Positions 26,087-34,062 of a stretch of 64,000 bases of DNA are shown here, one piece after another. The notes under the pieces were generated by a model. That model did not search any database, was not told where the DNA came from, and worked only from the letters and a program-made list of their open reading frames with translations. The position numbers were made by a program, and so were the translations under genes. How positions within the stretch are numbered: the stretch's first letter is position 1; the number at the start of each line of letters is the position of its first letter. Source of the DNA: an uncultured Candidatus Saccharibacteria bacterium (GTDB lineage Bacteria > Patescibacteriota > Saccharimonadia > Saccharimonadales > SZUA-47); assembly GCA_964419675.1 (NCBI GenBank), contig CAYQPN010000002.1, forward strand, positions 3,073-67,072. Reading direction: 5' to 3'.

Positions 26087-26270
26087 TGGTGGGCCCGACC
26101 CGACTGCGCTTTGCTTGCACGGTATCTTATTTCTTACATGCTAAGAGGTAGCATGACGAAATAAATACCTGTAGACCGGACGTTCGCTTTGCTCACTCTT
26201 CGCCAGTTCAACATCCAAGTCGGAGTCAGAGCAAGAAAAAAGCCCCATGCTTTGCATGAGACTTTTGTCT
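26087..26270 (-). repeat. tRNA-Asp downstream element ending in a second copy of the tRNA 3' end (element X-like)
   Basis: Terminator-like hairpin plus T6 directly after tRNA-Asp. About 150 nt later, TGGTGGGCCCGACC (26087-26100, plus strand) repeats the tRNA 3' end TGGCGGGCCCGACC (26271-26284) at 13 of 14 positions, including CCA. Confidence 0.5.
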
Positions 26271-26347
26271 TGGCGGGCCCGACCGGATTTGAACCGGCGA
26301 TCTCCTCCGTGACAGGGAGGCATGTTAGGCCACTACACCACGAGCCC
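26271..26347 (-). tRNA. tRNA-Asp (anticodon GTC), CCA encoded
   Basis: Revcomp GGGCTCGTGGTGTAGTGGCCTAACATGCCTCCCTGTCACGGAGGAGATCGCCGGTTCAAATCCGGTCGGGCCCGCCA; anticodon arm CCTCC-CTGTCAC-GGAGG. Confidence 0.93.
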
Positions 26348-26470
26348 GCGCGTCTGCATGTAATGGTGCCCTCGCCACACTGTCGGCAAAACAAGTTTGA
26401 CCGTCACTGTTGGCGCTTTCACCAAGCCGCATCCTTTCAATTTTGAGAATCCCCTCTCAAAATTGTAAAG
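26348..26470 (-). repeat. tRNA-Asp upstream element, homologous by eye to the tRNA-Arg upstream element
   Basis: Minus strand CGGCTTGGTGAAAGCGCCAACAGTGACGGTCAAACTTGTTTTGCCGACAGTGTGGCGAGGGCACCA aligns with the tRNA-Arg leader CGGCCTTGGCCGAG...GCGACAGCTGATTTGCGACTTTGTTGC...GACTGTGGCCGACTCGG. A perfect 11-bp hairpin lies at 26438-26466. Confidence 0.35.
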
Positions 26471-26570
26471 CTACAGTTCGTACAAGCATTTGTCACTCGA
26501 AGTGGCAAAGAATGCCACAGTTCGAATACTTCGGTCATCTTATCAGTTTAGGGGCTAAAAGACAAGGGTT

Positions 26571-27653
26571 TTACGGTGTTGATTGCTCTGGTTTTACTGG
26601 GTCAAGGTATAGTTTATACGGTTTTTGTTCTTTACGGTCGTTCAAAATATCGTCCAAGCTCTTTAGCTGGAAAACAACGTGGGCGCCTGTTGCCTGCTCG
26701 CCGTTTACCCCAAGATTTTTTACAATTTCAAGAGCATATCCTGTCCCGTAAGGAATAATTGTGACTTCAGATATTTGTCCAACTGGCAGATTGAAAAGTG
26801 TATCTACTGTTTGCTGAGAAACGTTACGATTAGACTTGTTGACTTCTCCAAATTCTCCTGCAGACTCTTTAGTTGACAGGTCGTCTGAGTATTCCAGCGC
26901 TATCGCACCAAATTCTTCGCCAGTTTTTAGCCGTGCCAACGCTTCTCTGGCTCTATTTTCAGTATCTTGGTCTGAGGCGCGAATAACTTTTTGTGCTAGT
27001 AGCTCGCTCGTCAAACTTCTTCTGAAGTCGCTCACCGACCAGTCCCAATATTCTCGCAAAACATCTTCAAAAATCTCATCACTACTGCCCAGACGATTCT
27101 GTTCTTTCGCTATCTTTATCTGAGTATCTACCTCTGACGGGCTAACTGAAATATTCAGTTCCTTAGCTAGTAACTTAATGTATGCATCGTTCACGACTTT
27201 GTCTATTGCCCGCTGCTTATAGCTATTCAACTGAGCCTGACCTGCCTCTGTTTCGAAGCTAAGTTGCTGCTGGTTCTCGTAGTAATGAATGTAGTGCCTC
27301 AGTTCGAATAAATAATTTTCATATGCAATAAAAGTACCTCCTGAGCGCGCAATTGGAAACGGAACAATCCGTGAAACCTGATACATAAAATTCGACGTTG
27401 TCTGGAAGTGGTACAACAGAGCGACTGAGAATATAGAGAATATCACTACTACCGACATAAAAATACTCGCGGTAATCAAAACAATACGATGCTTAGAGTG
27501 CTGAAGTGGATATATGTACTTCCTGGCTCCTGATAACATATCTTCTCTGTGCTCAGCAACATTATCATTGGTTATCTGAGGCACAGAACCGCTCTGCGTT
27601 TGATCGCGCTTTTTTAAACGCTTCTCTCTAAATTGTTTAATTTTCTTTCTCAT
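26571..27653 (-). CDS. Membrane-anchored peptidyl-prolyl isomerase (SurA-N/PrsA-like plus parvulin domain)
   Basis: 360-aa ORF with an N-terminal TM, a chaperone-like middle region and a C-terminal PpiC-type block EYSDDLSTKESAGEFGEV...GQISEVTIIPYGTGYALEIV. Confidence 0.75.
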   Translation of the reverse strand: MRKKIKQFREKRLKKRDQTQSGSVPQITNDNVAEHREDMLSGARKYIYPLQHSKHRIVLITASIFMSVVVIFSIFSVALLYHFQTTSNFMYQVSRIVPFPIARSGGTFIAYENYLFELRHYIHYYENQQQLSFETEAGQAQLNSYKQRAIDKVVNDAYIKLLAKELNISVSPSEVDTQIKIAKEQNRLGSSDEIFEDVLREYWDWSVSDFRRSLTSELLAQKVIRASDQDTENRAREALARLKTGEEFGAIALEYSDDLSTKESAGEFGEVNKSNRNVSQQTVDTLFNLPVGQISEVTIIPYGTGYALEIVKNLGVNGEQATGAHVVFQLKSLDDILNDRKEQKPYKLYLDPVKPEQSTP

Positions 27654-28192
27654 TATTCTTCGTCTTCCTGTTGTAGCCTACCCGGAGGCGCAGAGTTATG
27701 TATAGCTATTCCTCTTGAGCGCAATATTTCTAGCAATTCGTGCTGTATATGTGCCGGCTTATGTACTTCATGTATTACTAAATCTCCTACATAAGTCTGC
27801 ACCATTATTGTACCAAACCCCAGTAGAGTTTCTTGTATTCCAGAAATCTCATAATTAACCATTTGTATCTGATTTAGAGCTAGGTCTACGACCTTTTTAT
27901 TGAAGAAACCTTTTTGAGTGATCTGAATAAAACGTTTATCGGTAACTATGTACACACTAAAGTACCAATAAACCCAATGTGGGAATGCAACAATGAAACC
28001 CAATAGAAAACCGGCACCAATGCCCCCGTAAAAATAGCTTAATTCTGGCTTAATAAACGACGGTACTGTACCAAGCAAAATAGCTAACATAAAGTAAATT
28101 AACCCGCGCCTCATTACGACTGGGTGTTTACGAAAAACCAGCAGCACTTCTTCGTCATCGTATTGCCCTTTAAAAGCTTGTTTAGTAGACAT
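27653..28192 (-). CDS. Membrane protein with bacterial PH (YdbS/YdbT-like, DUF304) domain
   Basis: 179-aa ORF with a TM hairpin followed by a bPH-like fold. Its stop overlaps the downstream ATG (TAATG). Confidence 0.65.
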   Translation of the reverse strand: MSTKQAFKGQYDDEEVLLVFRKHPVVMRRGLIYFMLAILLGTVPSFIKPELSYFYGGIGAGFLLGFIVAFPHWVYWYFSVYIVTDKRFIQITQKGFFNKKVVDLALNQIQMVNYEISGIQETLLGFGTIMVQTYVGDLVIHEVHKPAHIQHELLEILRSRGIAIHNSAPPGRLQQEDEE

Positions 28193-28232
28193 ATGTTTTT
28201 ATATTACGCTAATGGTTTATGAATATCTAATA

Positions 28233-28308
28233 TGGTGATCCGGGTGGGAGTCGAACCTACAACCTTTTCCTTAGGACGGAACTGCTCTATCCATTGAGCT
28301 ACCGGACC
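28233..28308 (-). tRNA. tRNA-Arg (anticodon CCT), CCA encoded
   Basis: Revcomp GGTCCGGTAGCTCAATGGATAGAGCAGTTCCGTCCTAAGGAAAAGGTTGTAGGTTCGACTCCCACCCGGATCACCA. Anticodon loop GTCCTAA. A51-C63 mismatch in the T-stem. Confidence 0.88.
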
Positions 28309-28451
28309 ACATATCACACTATCTATTATAAAGGTTCGACTCCGAGTCGGCCACAGTCTTACTTGCAACAAAGTCGCAAATCAGCTGTCGCCACACCTCG
28401 ACTCGGCCAAGGCCGGGTCTCCGGTCTTGCAAAAGTCCACAGGACTTTTTC
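28309..28451 (-). repeat. Structured element between a tRNA-Arg pseudo-copy and tRNA-Arg (element X copy)
   Basis: Starts (minus sense) with hairpin AAAAGTCC-TGTG-GGACTTTT. Contains CTTGGCCGAG, an 8-bp long-range helix CCGAGTCG/CGACTCGG, and a 12-nt inverted copy of the tRNA-Arg T-arm (AGGTTCGACTCC at 28332-28343, plus strand). Confidence 0.5.
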
Positions 28452-28508
28452 ACCTACAACCTTTTCCTTGAGGTGCCGAACTGCTCTATCCACTCAAGCT
28501 ACCGGACC
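28452..28508 (-). pseudogene. Truncated tRNA-Arg-like copy (5' two-thirds only)
   Basis: Revcomp GGTCCGGTAGCTTGAGTGGATAGAGCAGTTCGGCACCTCAAGGAAAAGGTTGTAGGT matches tRNA-Arg positions 1-54 at roughly 80-85% (hand count). It has a 2-nt longer anticodon loop and breaks at the T-loop, with no 3' half. Confidence 0.6.
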
Positions 28509-28537
28509 AATAGAGGTGATTATACACCTCCTACTTC

Positions 28538-29050
28538 TTATTTCTTGCGGGATTTTGCTAGAGTAAATTTTTCATTAACTGTTTCATATTCAAACATCTC
28601 ACTTTCACTAAACCAGTGAGCTATCTCTTCTACGGCTTCTTGTGAGTCTCCTGAAGCGTGGATAATATTTGGAGTTGCAATACCATGTGCATTAGCATGC
28701 TTGAAGCTTATGTGTGAATAGTCACCCCTAATTGTGCCTGGAAGTGCCGTTTTTGGCTCTGTCCCACCTACCATCTTGCGGACAACTTCTACCGCTTCAA
28801 CCCCCTCAAGTACATAAGCGATTACTGGTCCTTCGCTCATCATCTCTAGAGTTACGTCAAAGATTTCTTTGCCTCTTCTAGTTACCATCTTGCCGATATC
28901 TTCGTAGTGCTTAAAATAGTGATCATAATCAGGTAATAGCATTTTTGTTCCAACGATTTTTAGGCCGGCTCTTTCAAATCTTGTAAGAATTTCTCCTACA
29001 ATTCCTCTTTGAACTGCATCAGGTTTCAGAATAATTAGTGTTCGTTCCAT
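28538..29050 (-). CDS. ndk: Nucleoside-diphosphate kinase
   Basis: 170-aa ORF MERTLIILKPDAVQRGIVGEILTRFE...NIIHASGD. Confidence 0.93.
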   Translation of the reverse strand: MERTLIILKPDAVQRGIVGEILTRFERAGLKIVGTKMLLPDYDHYFKHYEDIGKMVTRRGKEIFDVTLEMMSEGPVIAYVLEGVEAVEVVRKMVGGTEPKTALPGTIRGDYSHISFKHANAHGIATPNIIHASGDSQEAVEEIAHWFSESEMFEYETVNEKFTLAKSRKK

Positions 29051-29124
29051 TTATATTTTCTCCTATTTATTACCTTTAGCATATCAAAATAACTTCTTAA
29101 GCACCAATCATATTTTACCTCACC

Positions 29125-29160
29125 TACACATATTATACGCTATAGCGTATAATATGTGTA
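29125..29160. promoter_or_regulatory. Perfect 36-bp palindrome: symmetric divergent promoter and/or recombinase or operator site
   Basis: TACACATATTATACGCTATAGCGTATAATATGTGTA is its own reverse complement. Each strand reads TACACA, 17 nt, TATAAT. It lies between divergent ndk and xerC/D-like genes. Confidence 0.6.
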
Positions 29161-29243
29161 CTACGAATGAAGCGCAGTTTGTTCTATTGCCAATGATTAG
29201 TTTAAAATTTGTGTCGCACAATCTAGCAGATTTCGCTACAATT

Positions 29244-30170
29244 ATGAATATGCTTTTATCCAAAACTAAGACAGATTTTTTAGAATATTTAGAGATAGAA
29301 CAAAACCGTTCACAAAAAACTATTGAAAACTACGACCACTACCTTACTCGCCTACTTGACTACGCCGGCGAAATCAAAATTAGCGATATAGACCCCGAAT
29401 TAGTACGAAAATGGCGTCTTTGGCTAAACAGATTAGGTACAAACACCGCTGATGAGTTGCAAAAAAACACCCAAAACTACCACCTAATAGCACTCCGGGG
29501 ATTTTTAAAGTTTTGTGCCAAGCGCGGTATTAATGCTATGCCTGCAGATAAGATTGAACTAGCCAAAAGCAACCGAAAACAGGTGACATTTCTCAACACA
29601 GAGGAGTTAGAGCGACTATTTAATGTCCCAAAGCTTGAAACAATAAATGGTTTACGCGATAGGGCTATTTTAGAACTTCTCTTTTCAAGCGGATTACGTG
29701 TTTCTGAGTTAGTAAATCTTGACCGTGAACACATTAATCTTAAACGCAAAGAGTTTATGGTGCGTGGAAAAGGACAGAAAGATCGACCCATATTTATTAG
29801 CGACACGTCTGTTTGGTGGCTAACCCAATATCTTGAAAAGAGAAAAGATAACAGCCGACCATTATTCATCCGCTACAGTGGCTCTAAACAGGTCAATATC
29901 AGCGGAAATTATTACCGCTTAACTGCACGTAGCGTTCAACGACTGGTGGCGCGATATGCCCTGCTTGCGGGGATTACCAAACATGTCAGTCCGCATACAC
30001 TAAGACACAGCTTTGCTACTGATCTGCTCATGAATGGGGCAGACTTACGTTCAGTCCAGGCAATGCTTGGTCACAGTAACATTTCAACAACCCAAATCTA
30101 CACCCACGTCACCGACCCGCATCTAAAAGCGATACACCAGAAATTCCACCGCAAACCAGAAAGTAGCTAA
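29244..30170 (+). CDS. Tyrosine recombinase, XerC/XerD family
   Basis: ORF 29154-30170. The likely start is ATG 29244 (MNMLLSKTKTDFLEYLEIEQNRSQKTIENY, SAM-like N-domain). The catalytic region has RVSELVNL, HTLRHSFAT and GHSNISTTQIYTH. Confidence 0.9.
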   Translation: MNMLLSKTKTDFLEYLEIEQNRSQKTIENYDHYLTRLLDYAGEIKISDIDPELVRKWRLWLNRLGTNTADELQKNTQNYHLIALRGFLKFCAKRGINAMPADKIELAKSNRKQVTFLNTEELERLFNVPKLETINGLRDRAILELLFSSGLRVSELVNLDREHINLKRKEFMVRGKGQKDRPIFISDTSVWWLTQYLEKRKDNSRPLFIRYSGSKQVNISGNYYRLTARSVQRLVARYALLAGITKHVSPHTLRHSFATDLLMNGADLRSVQAMLGHSNISTTQIYTHVTDPHLKAIHQKFHRKPESS

Positions 30171-30249
30171 GGAAAGAGCAGCCAACTAACGAATTTCGTT
30201 CATTGCATGGATAGAGAAAACCGCTATCCGGTTGTCTCGTAGGAGGTAG

Positions 30250-31254
30250 CTAGTTACATTGATCATCTATACTACTGGCGCCAATAGTATATTGTTTACA
30301 TAAATCTGAATTAAACTGAAAATCTGGGTAGACATACTCCTCATAGACAGGCACCCTAGCTTGTAGTCTCTTATATACATCACTAGCCCGCCCCGTTACA
30401 TCCACCACAACCTGCCCTTCGCTAAAGAGTAACTTATTGCCCAATGCATCTAAGGCAGTTATTTGTACATTAAGATTACTGTATATCGAGCTCATCTTCA
30501 CATAGTATTTTTGCTCAGCGCCTAAGCCATTTATTGTTAGTAAACAGTCATGATCGACTGTTTTAACGCATTGAACTCCGACATGCTTACCAAGGTTTGA
30601 ATCTCCTTTGAAGTTTGCGAAAACAACACTTGAAACAGCTCCAGGTGCTCCAGATGCGCACGGGAAAAGAATTGTGCTAAACTGCCCATTTGCAAGAGCA
30701 TCTCTACTTAGAACAGCGGGTACTGGGTAAATATCCAGTTTTAACGCTCCAACGGTATTATTACCCCATTCATTTACCTTTAAGTTTGAATCGACAGCAC
30801 ACGAGTTTAGTGCTCCGTCGTGATCATTGTCTGTCCATTCAAAAACGAATGAATCGGGTTTTGCACTGGTAGTAAAAGAAACTAGCTTTGAGGTACTAGA
30901 AATGGAGTCGTTTCCAAAATATAGTGAGTCGGGATTAGGATTGATTAAAACGCATGTGAAATAAACGTCTTTTTCCGCTGACACAACACCGTTATTATAC
31001 TCACCGGACGGAAAGCCACACGTGTTACGGGCTGGGGTGCTTTTTGTAACTCCCTTAACGGCTACGTTTATCCCAGACTCTGCAGCGTAGAATGCCTGAG
31101 TTGATAACTGCTCATCAATTGCTTGGCGTTGTTCTCTCTGGGCAATGCGTGCGAATCCTAAAGTTATTAAAGACATCACGACCATCAATACCGACGCTAC
31201 CATGATAGAGACTAAACCAAATTCATTCTTCTTTAATTGCTTAATTTGTTGCAT
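30250..31254 (-). CDS. PilX-like pilus assembly/minor pilin protein
   Basis: 334-aa ORF. The N-terminus NEFGLVSIMVASVLMVVMSLITLGFARIAQREQRQAIDEQLSTQAFYAAESG resembles the PilX N-terminal domain. Confidence 0.6.
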   Translation of the reverse strand: MQQIKQLKKNEFGLVSIMVASVLMVVMSLITLGFARIAQREQRQAIDEQLSTQAFYAAESGINVAVKGVTKSTPARNTCGFPSGEYNNGVVSAEKDVYFTCVLINPNPDSLYFGNDSISSTSKLVSFTTSAKPDSFVFEWTDNDHDGALNSCAVDSNLKVNEWGNNTVGALKLDIYPVPAVLSRDALANGQFSTILFPCASGAPGAVSSVVFANFKGDSNLGKHVGVQCVKTVDHDCLLTINGLGAEQKYYVKMSSIYSNLNVQITALDALGNKLLFSEGQVVVDVTGRASDVYKRLQARVPVYEEYVYPDFQFNSDLCKQYTIGASSIDDQCN

Positions 31255-31921
31255 TGCTTATCCGCCTTGTTACTATTGTACTAAGTTCTGCGATTGAACA
31301 AAACTCTGCGCCTGTATTATTAGCGCAGACGACACGCCCAGCACCAGTATCATCCGTGTAACGTAATAAATCTTGAGCTCCGTAAGCGATAGAAATCTCT
31401 ACTTTCCATAAACCTGAACCGGACGAAACCTCGTTTACTTCGAATTTAGTCAATCGCATATTGTTATCCAGCAAAGATTTTTGGGTCGAACTGAGAGCTG
31501 CTGGAGAGTTTAAATCCTGTGGTGAGATACCGGCTGCGCATAGGGTATCGTCACTAAGTAGAGCATTCTTGATTTCTTTCTTGCTTGGATCGGAGTTTAC
31601 ACTACCGGTGTTCATTCTATCAATTGCATAGCTATATAATTTATTTCCTACGCAGAGTGTTCCTTGGGCGTTATCGCTGGTTAACACTTGCGGCCCTGCT
31701 GGACCAGAGGTGGGCTGAATTTTCACACCAGAAAGTTGAATAGACTCCTTAATTTCATCCATCAATCTCCGAGTAGTTTCTTGAGTTTTAGCTCTAGTGA
31801 CACCTTTATAGTAGGTTCGACTAACTTGTACGATACCAACTAAACACATAAGCAGCACCAAAGAAAATATAACAGTAGAAATCATCAGTTCAATAATGGT
31901 GAAGCCTTTTGTTTTACTCAT
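31241..31921 (-). CDS. Type IV minor pilin (PilW-like)
   Basis: 226-aa ORF with the canonical prepilin motif KG/FTIIELMISTVIF. Confidence 0.75.
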   Translation of the reverse strand: MSKTKGFTIIELMISTVIFSLVLLMCLVGIVQVSRTYYKGVTRAKTQETTRRLMDEIKESIQLSGVKIQPTSGPAGPQVLTSDNAQGTLCVGNKLYSYAIDRMNTGSVNSDPSKKEIKNALLSDDTLCAAGISPQDLNSPAALSSTQKSLLDNNMRLTKFEVNEVSSGSGLWKVEISIAYGAQDLLRYTDDTGAGRVVCANNTGAEFCSIAELSTIVTRRISNATN

Positions 31922-32349
31922 GGGTTGCGGTACACCAAAGTTACATTGGCTTTATTAGAATCACTACCACCAGGAGGAGTCCAATCAACTACAATTGTGT
32001 AGGTATCTCCTGATAGCGAAAGTGACTTATTAAAAAACGTTTCCTCTACACATCCTGCTGGGAATGGTGCTCCGCCGGCAATAGCAATAATTGGCTGTGC
32101 TTGACTTATATCTATACAAAAACTCCCCACTAATCTTGGGTCACTTATCGCTATACCCAAGGACTTTATTTGCTCAATCTGAGATTCTGCAATTCTTGTA
32201 GCTCTTGTTCGTTCTTGCGAGTACTGACTGGTATTTAAGCTCCTAGATGACGTAGCGTACGCGCCAGCCAATATTAAGCCGATTATTGTCATAGCCAGAA
32301 GGACTTCAATAATAGTGTCCCCTGTCTGATTAAGAATCTTCACGGACAA
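31918..32349 (-). CDS. Type IV minor pilin (PilV-like), atypical cleavage motif
   Basis: 143-aa ORF NQTG/DTIIEVLLAMTIIGLILAGAY; E5 retained but position +1 is D. Confidence 0.65.
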   Translation of the reverse strand: MSVKILNQTGDTIIEVLLAMTIIGLILAGAYATSSRSLNTSQYSQERTRATRIAESQIEQIKSLGIAISDPRLVGSFCIDISQAQPIIAIAGGAPFPAGCVEETFFNKSLSLSGDTYTIVVDWTPPGGSDSNKANVTLVYRNP

Positions 32350-33164
32350 ACTCCGCTTGCTAGGTCAAATTCGGAAATAGTACTAGTAGCAACACTGCCC
32401 GCACCTATAACAATTCTGGCGCTACGTCCTTCTTCAGTCTGTACGCAGACAAATATACCTCCTGGAACGTTAACCGGGCTAGTGTCTACCAAAGTTCCAA
32501 CCCTGTTAGCATAATAGCTGACGGCTTGCGCTTGCGTTGGCAAGTTCCCAGTTGTCAGATATACATTTGTCGTTAACGTCCCGTTTTTTGATGCGCTCCC
32601 AGCCCCGCCATTTAACCCCGCAATAAAATTAATAGTATCGTATGTTACGTTCGGGGCATTCATTTGAGCAATTTTGGTAACCCTCAAGCCATATCTCAGA
32701 GCCTTATACTCGGTCAAGTCTACGTTATTTGGATCATATGCCAATGATGGTTTCAGCTCACTAAGTTTTAAGGACGACTGTACTCCGATGTCAGTATTGA
32801 CGCCTATCAAAGTGCCAACTCCAATATCTTCTGTCTGCCCTGCTACATTAAAAAATAAGCTTTTACCGACAAATACGCATTTTGTGCTGGTGCCTTTGTC
32901 ATTAGTGGCTGAGGTAGAAAAACCAGGTTTTCCGCTGACGTTAATTGAGCATGTACCCCTACTACTATCTGGGAAAAATCCATTTGATACGTCATTAATC
33001 ACATCTTGAATCTGTGATTCAAAATCCCGCACCGATTGAGAATATTGTACATTGCGTTGTTGGCCATTCACAGCTGTTGCAGCACTTACGAACAGTAATC
33101 CAGATATTGCAAGGAACGTCATAACCTCAACAATCGTATACCCAAACTCTCGATGAAGTTTCAT
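32340..33164 (-). CDS. Type IV minor pilin (FimT/PilE-like)
   Basis: 274-aa ORF with prepilin motif REFG/YTIVEVMTFLAISGLLF. Confidence 0.7.
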   Translation of the reverse strand: MKLHREFGYTIVEVMTFLAISGLLFVSAATAVNGQQRNVQYSQSVRDFESQIQDVINDVSNGFFPDSSRGTCSINVSGKPGFSTSATNDKGTSTKCVFVGKSLFFNVAGQTEDIGVGTLIGVNTDIGVQSSLKLSELKPSLAYDPNNVDLTEYKALRYGLRVTKIAQMNAPNVTYDTINFIAGLNGGAGSASKNGTLTTNVYLTTGNLPTQAQAVSYYANRVGTLVDTSPVNVPGGIFVCVQTEEGRSARIVIGAGSVATSTISEFDLASGVCP

Positions 33165-33193
33165 ATAGCTAATTATAACATAAGCTTTATCTG

Positions 33194-33997
33194 TTAAAGA
33201 CCTAAGATTCTCAGATACAAATCAATGACACTTTGACCTGTCAGCAACACAAATATGGTCGCAACTATCAAAAGGGGTCCAAACGGCAGTTTACTTTTTA
33301 ATGACTTGCTACCACTCAATATTCCAGGTAGCGCTACCAAAATACCAAGTAGTGAAGCAAAGAAAAGAATAAGCCACGAAAATAGAGGACTACCAAGGAT
33401 AAGCCCCAGCCCGAACCCAAGCCTAACGTCCCCAAAGCCTATCCAGCGACCCTTACTGACAGCGTATAACGCCCAGAAAAAACCACTCAACAGAACACCA
33501 GACAATAGTGGCATTAGTAGACCATCATAGGCACTAAGGTTATTAGTCGTAAATCTCAACGTAGCAAATGCCATGCTGCCATAAATTAATGGATACACTA
33601 TCTTATTAGGCAGAATAAACCATCTCAGGTCATACCAAAATAAAGCAGACATCAAGATTAGCAATACAATCCAGATTGTGAACAATCCGTAGCTGTTAAA
33701 ACTCGCTAGCTCATATGGCCAATACAAATATGACAAAGCCAAGCTTAAACCCATTCCAACTTCAGCAAAGATTAACTGCGTGGGCAATTTTTTGTGACAG
33801 TATCTACACTTTCCACTCTGAATTAGCCAACTTAAAATCGGAATCAAGTCAGTAGGCGTAAGCTGCTGATGGCAATTATCACATTCTGACCGGCCCTTGA
33901 CCCAGTCCTTTTTATCATGCATCCGCCAAGCAAGAACTAAAGAAAAACTACCAAGTGCGCTACCGAGCACGAACAAGAAGATATACATAAGAGCCAT
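33194..33997 (-). CDS. pilD: Prepilin peptidase (A24 family)
   Basis: 267-aa polytopic ORF with zinc motif CDNCHQQL...CRYCHKKL and GFGDVRLG. Confidence 0.9.
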   Translation of the reverse strand: MALMYIFLFVLGSALGSFSLVLAWRMHDKKDWVKGRSECDNCHQQLTPTDLIPILSWLIQSGKCRYCHKKLPTQLIFAEVGMGLSLALSYLYWPYELASFNSYGLFTIWIVLLILMSALFWYDLRWFILPNKIVYPLIYGSMAFATLRFTTNNLSAYDGLLMPLLSGVLLSGFFWALYAVSKGRWIGFGDVRLGFGLGLILGSPLFSWLILFFASLLGILVALPGILSGSKSLKSKLPFGPLLIVATIFVLLTGQSVIDLYLRILGL

Positions 33998-34062
33998 TGT
34001 ATTAAAAAAAAGAGCTAACTCCTAGTGTTAACCCTTTCTTAATTTAATACTTCTTTGCTGAT

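Noticed and set aside
26087-26260. Possible tmRNA (ssrA): a 5' GGGC… that can pair with the 3' …GGGCCCACCA, and an internal frame starting AN…
   Set aside because: At about 160 nt it is too short, and no T-arm hairpin precedes the acceptor 3' strand. It lacks a G3-U70 pair, and the candidate tag (ANVRSTGIYFVMLPLSM) lacks the usual hydrophobic …AA end. It is better explained as a duplicated tRNA-Asp 3' end.
26134-26751. Four overlapping ORFs of 60-113 aa (26134-26394, 26141-26323, 26189-26446, 26410-26751)
   Set aside because: They run through tRNA-Asp and its repeat-laden flanks on both strands and into the antisense of the PPIase gene. They have no SD and are GC-tRNA-driven open frames.
28294-28566. 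90-aa plus-strand ORF
   Set aside because: It is antisense to tRNA-Arg, the X element and the tRNA pseudo-copy. An artefact of structured RNA sequence.
29154-29243. Upstream extension of the recombinase ORF (ATG 29154)
   Set aside because: That ATG lies inside the 36-bp palindrome/promoter, and the extra 30 aa (MCTTNEAQFVLLPMISLKF…) have no counterpart in Xer N-termini. ATG 29244 gives the typical N-terminal domain start.
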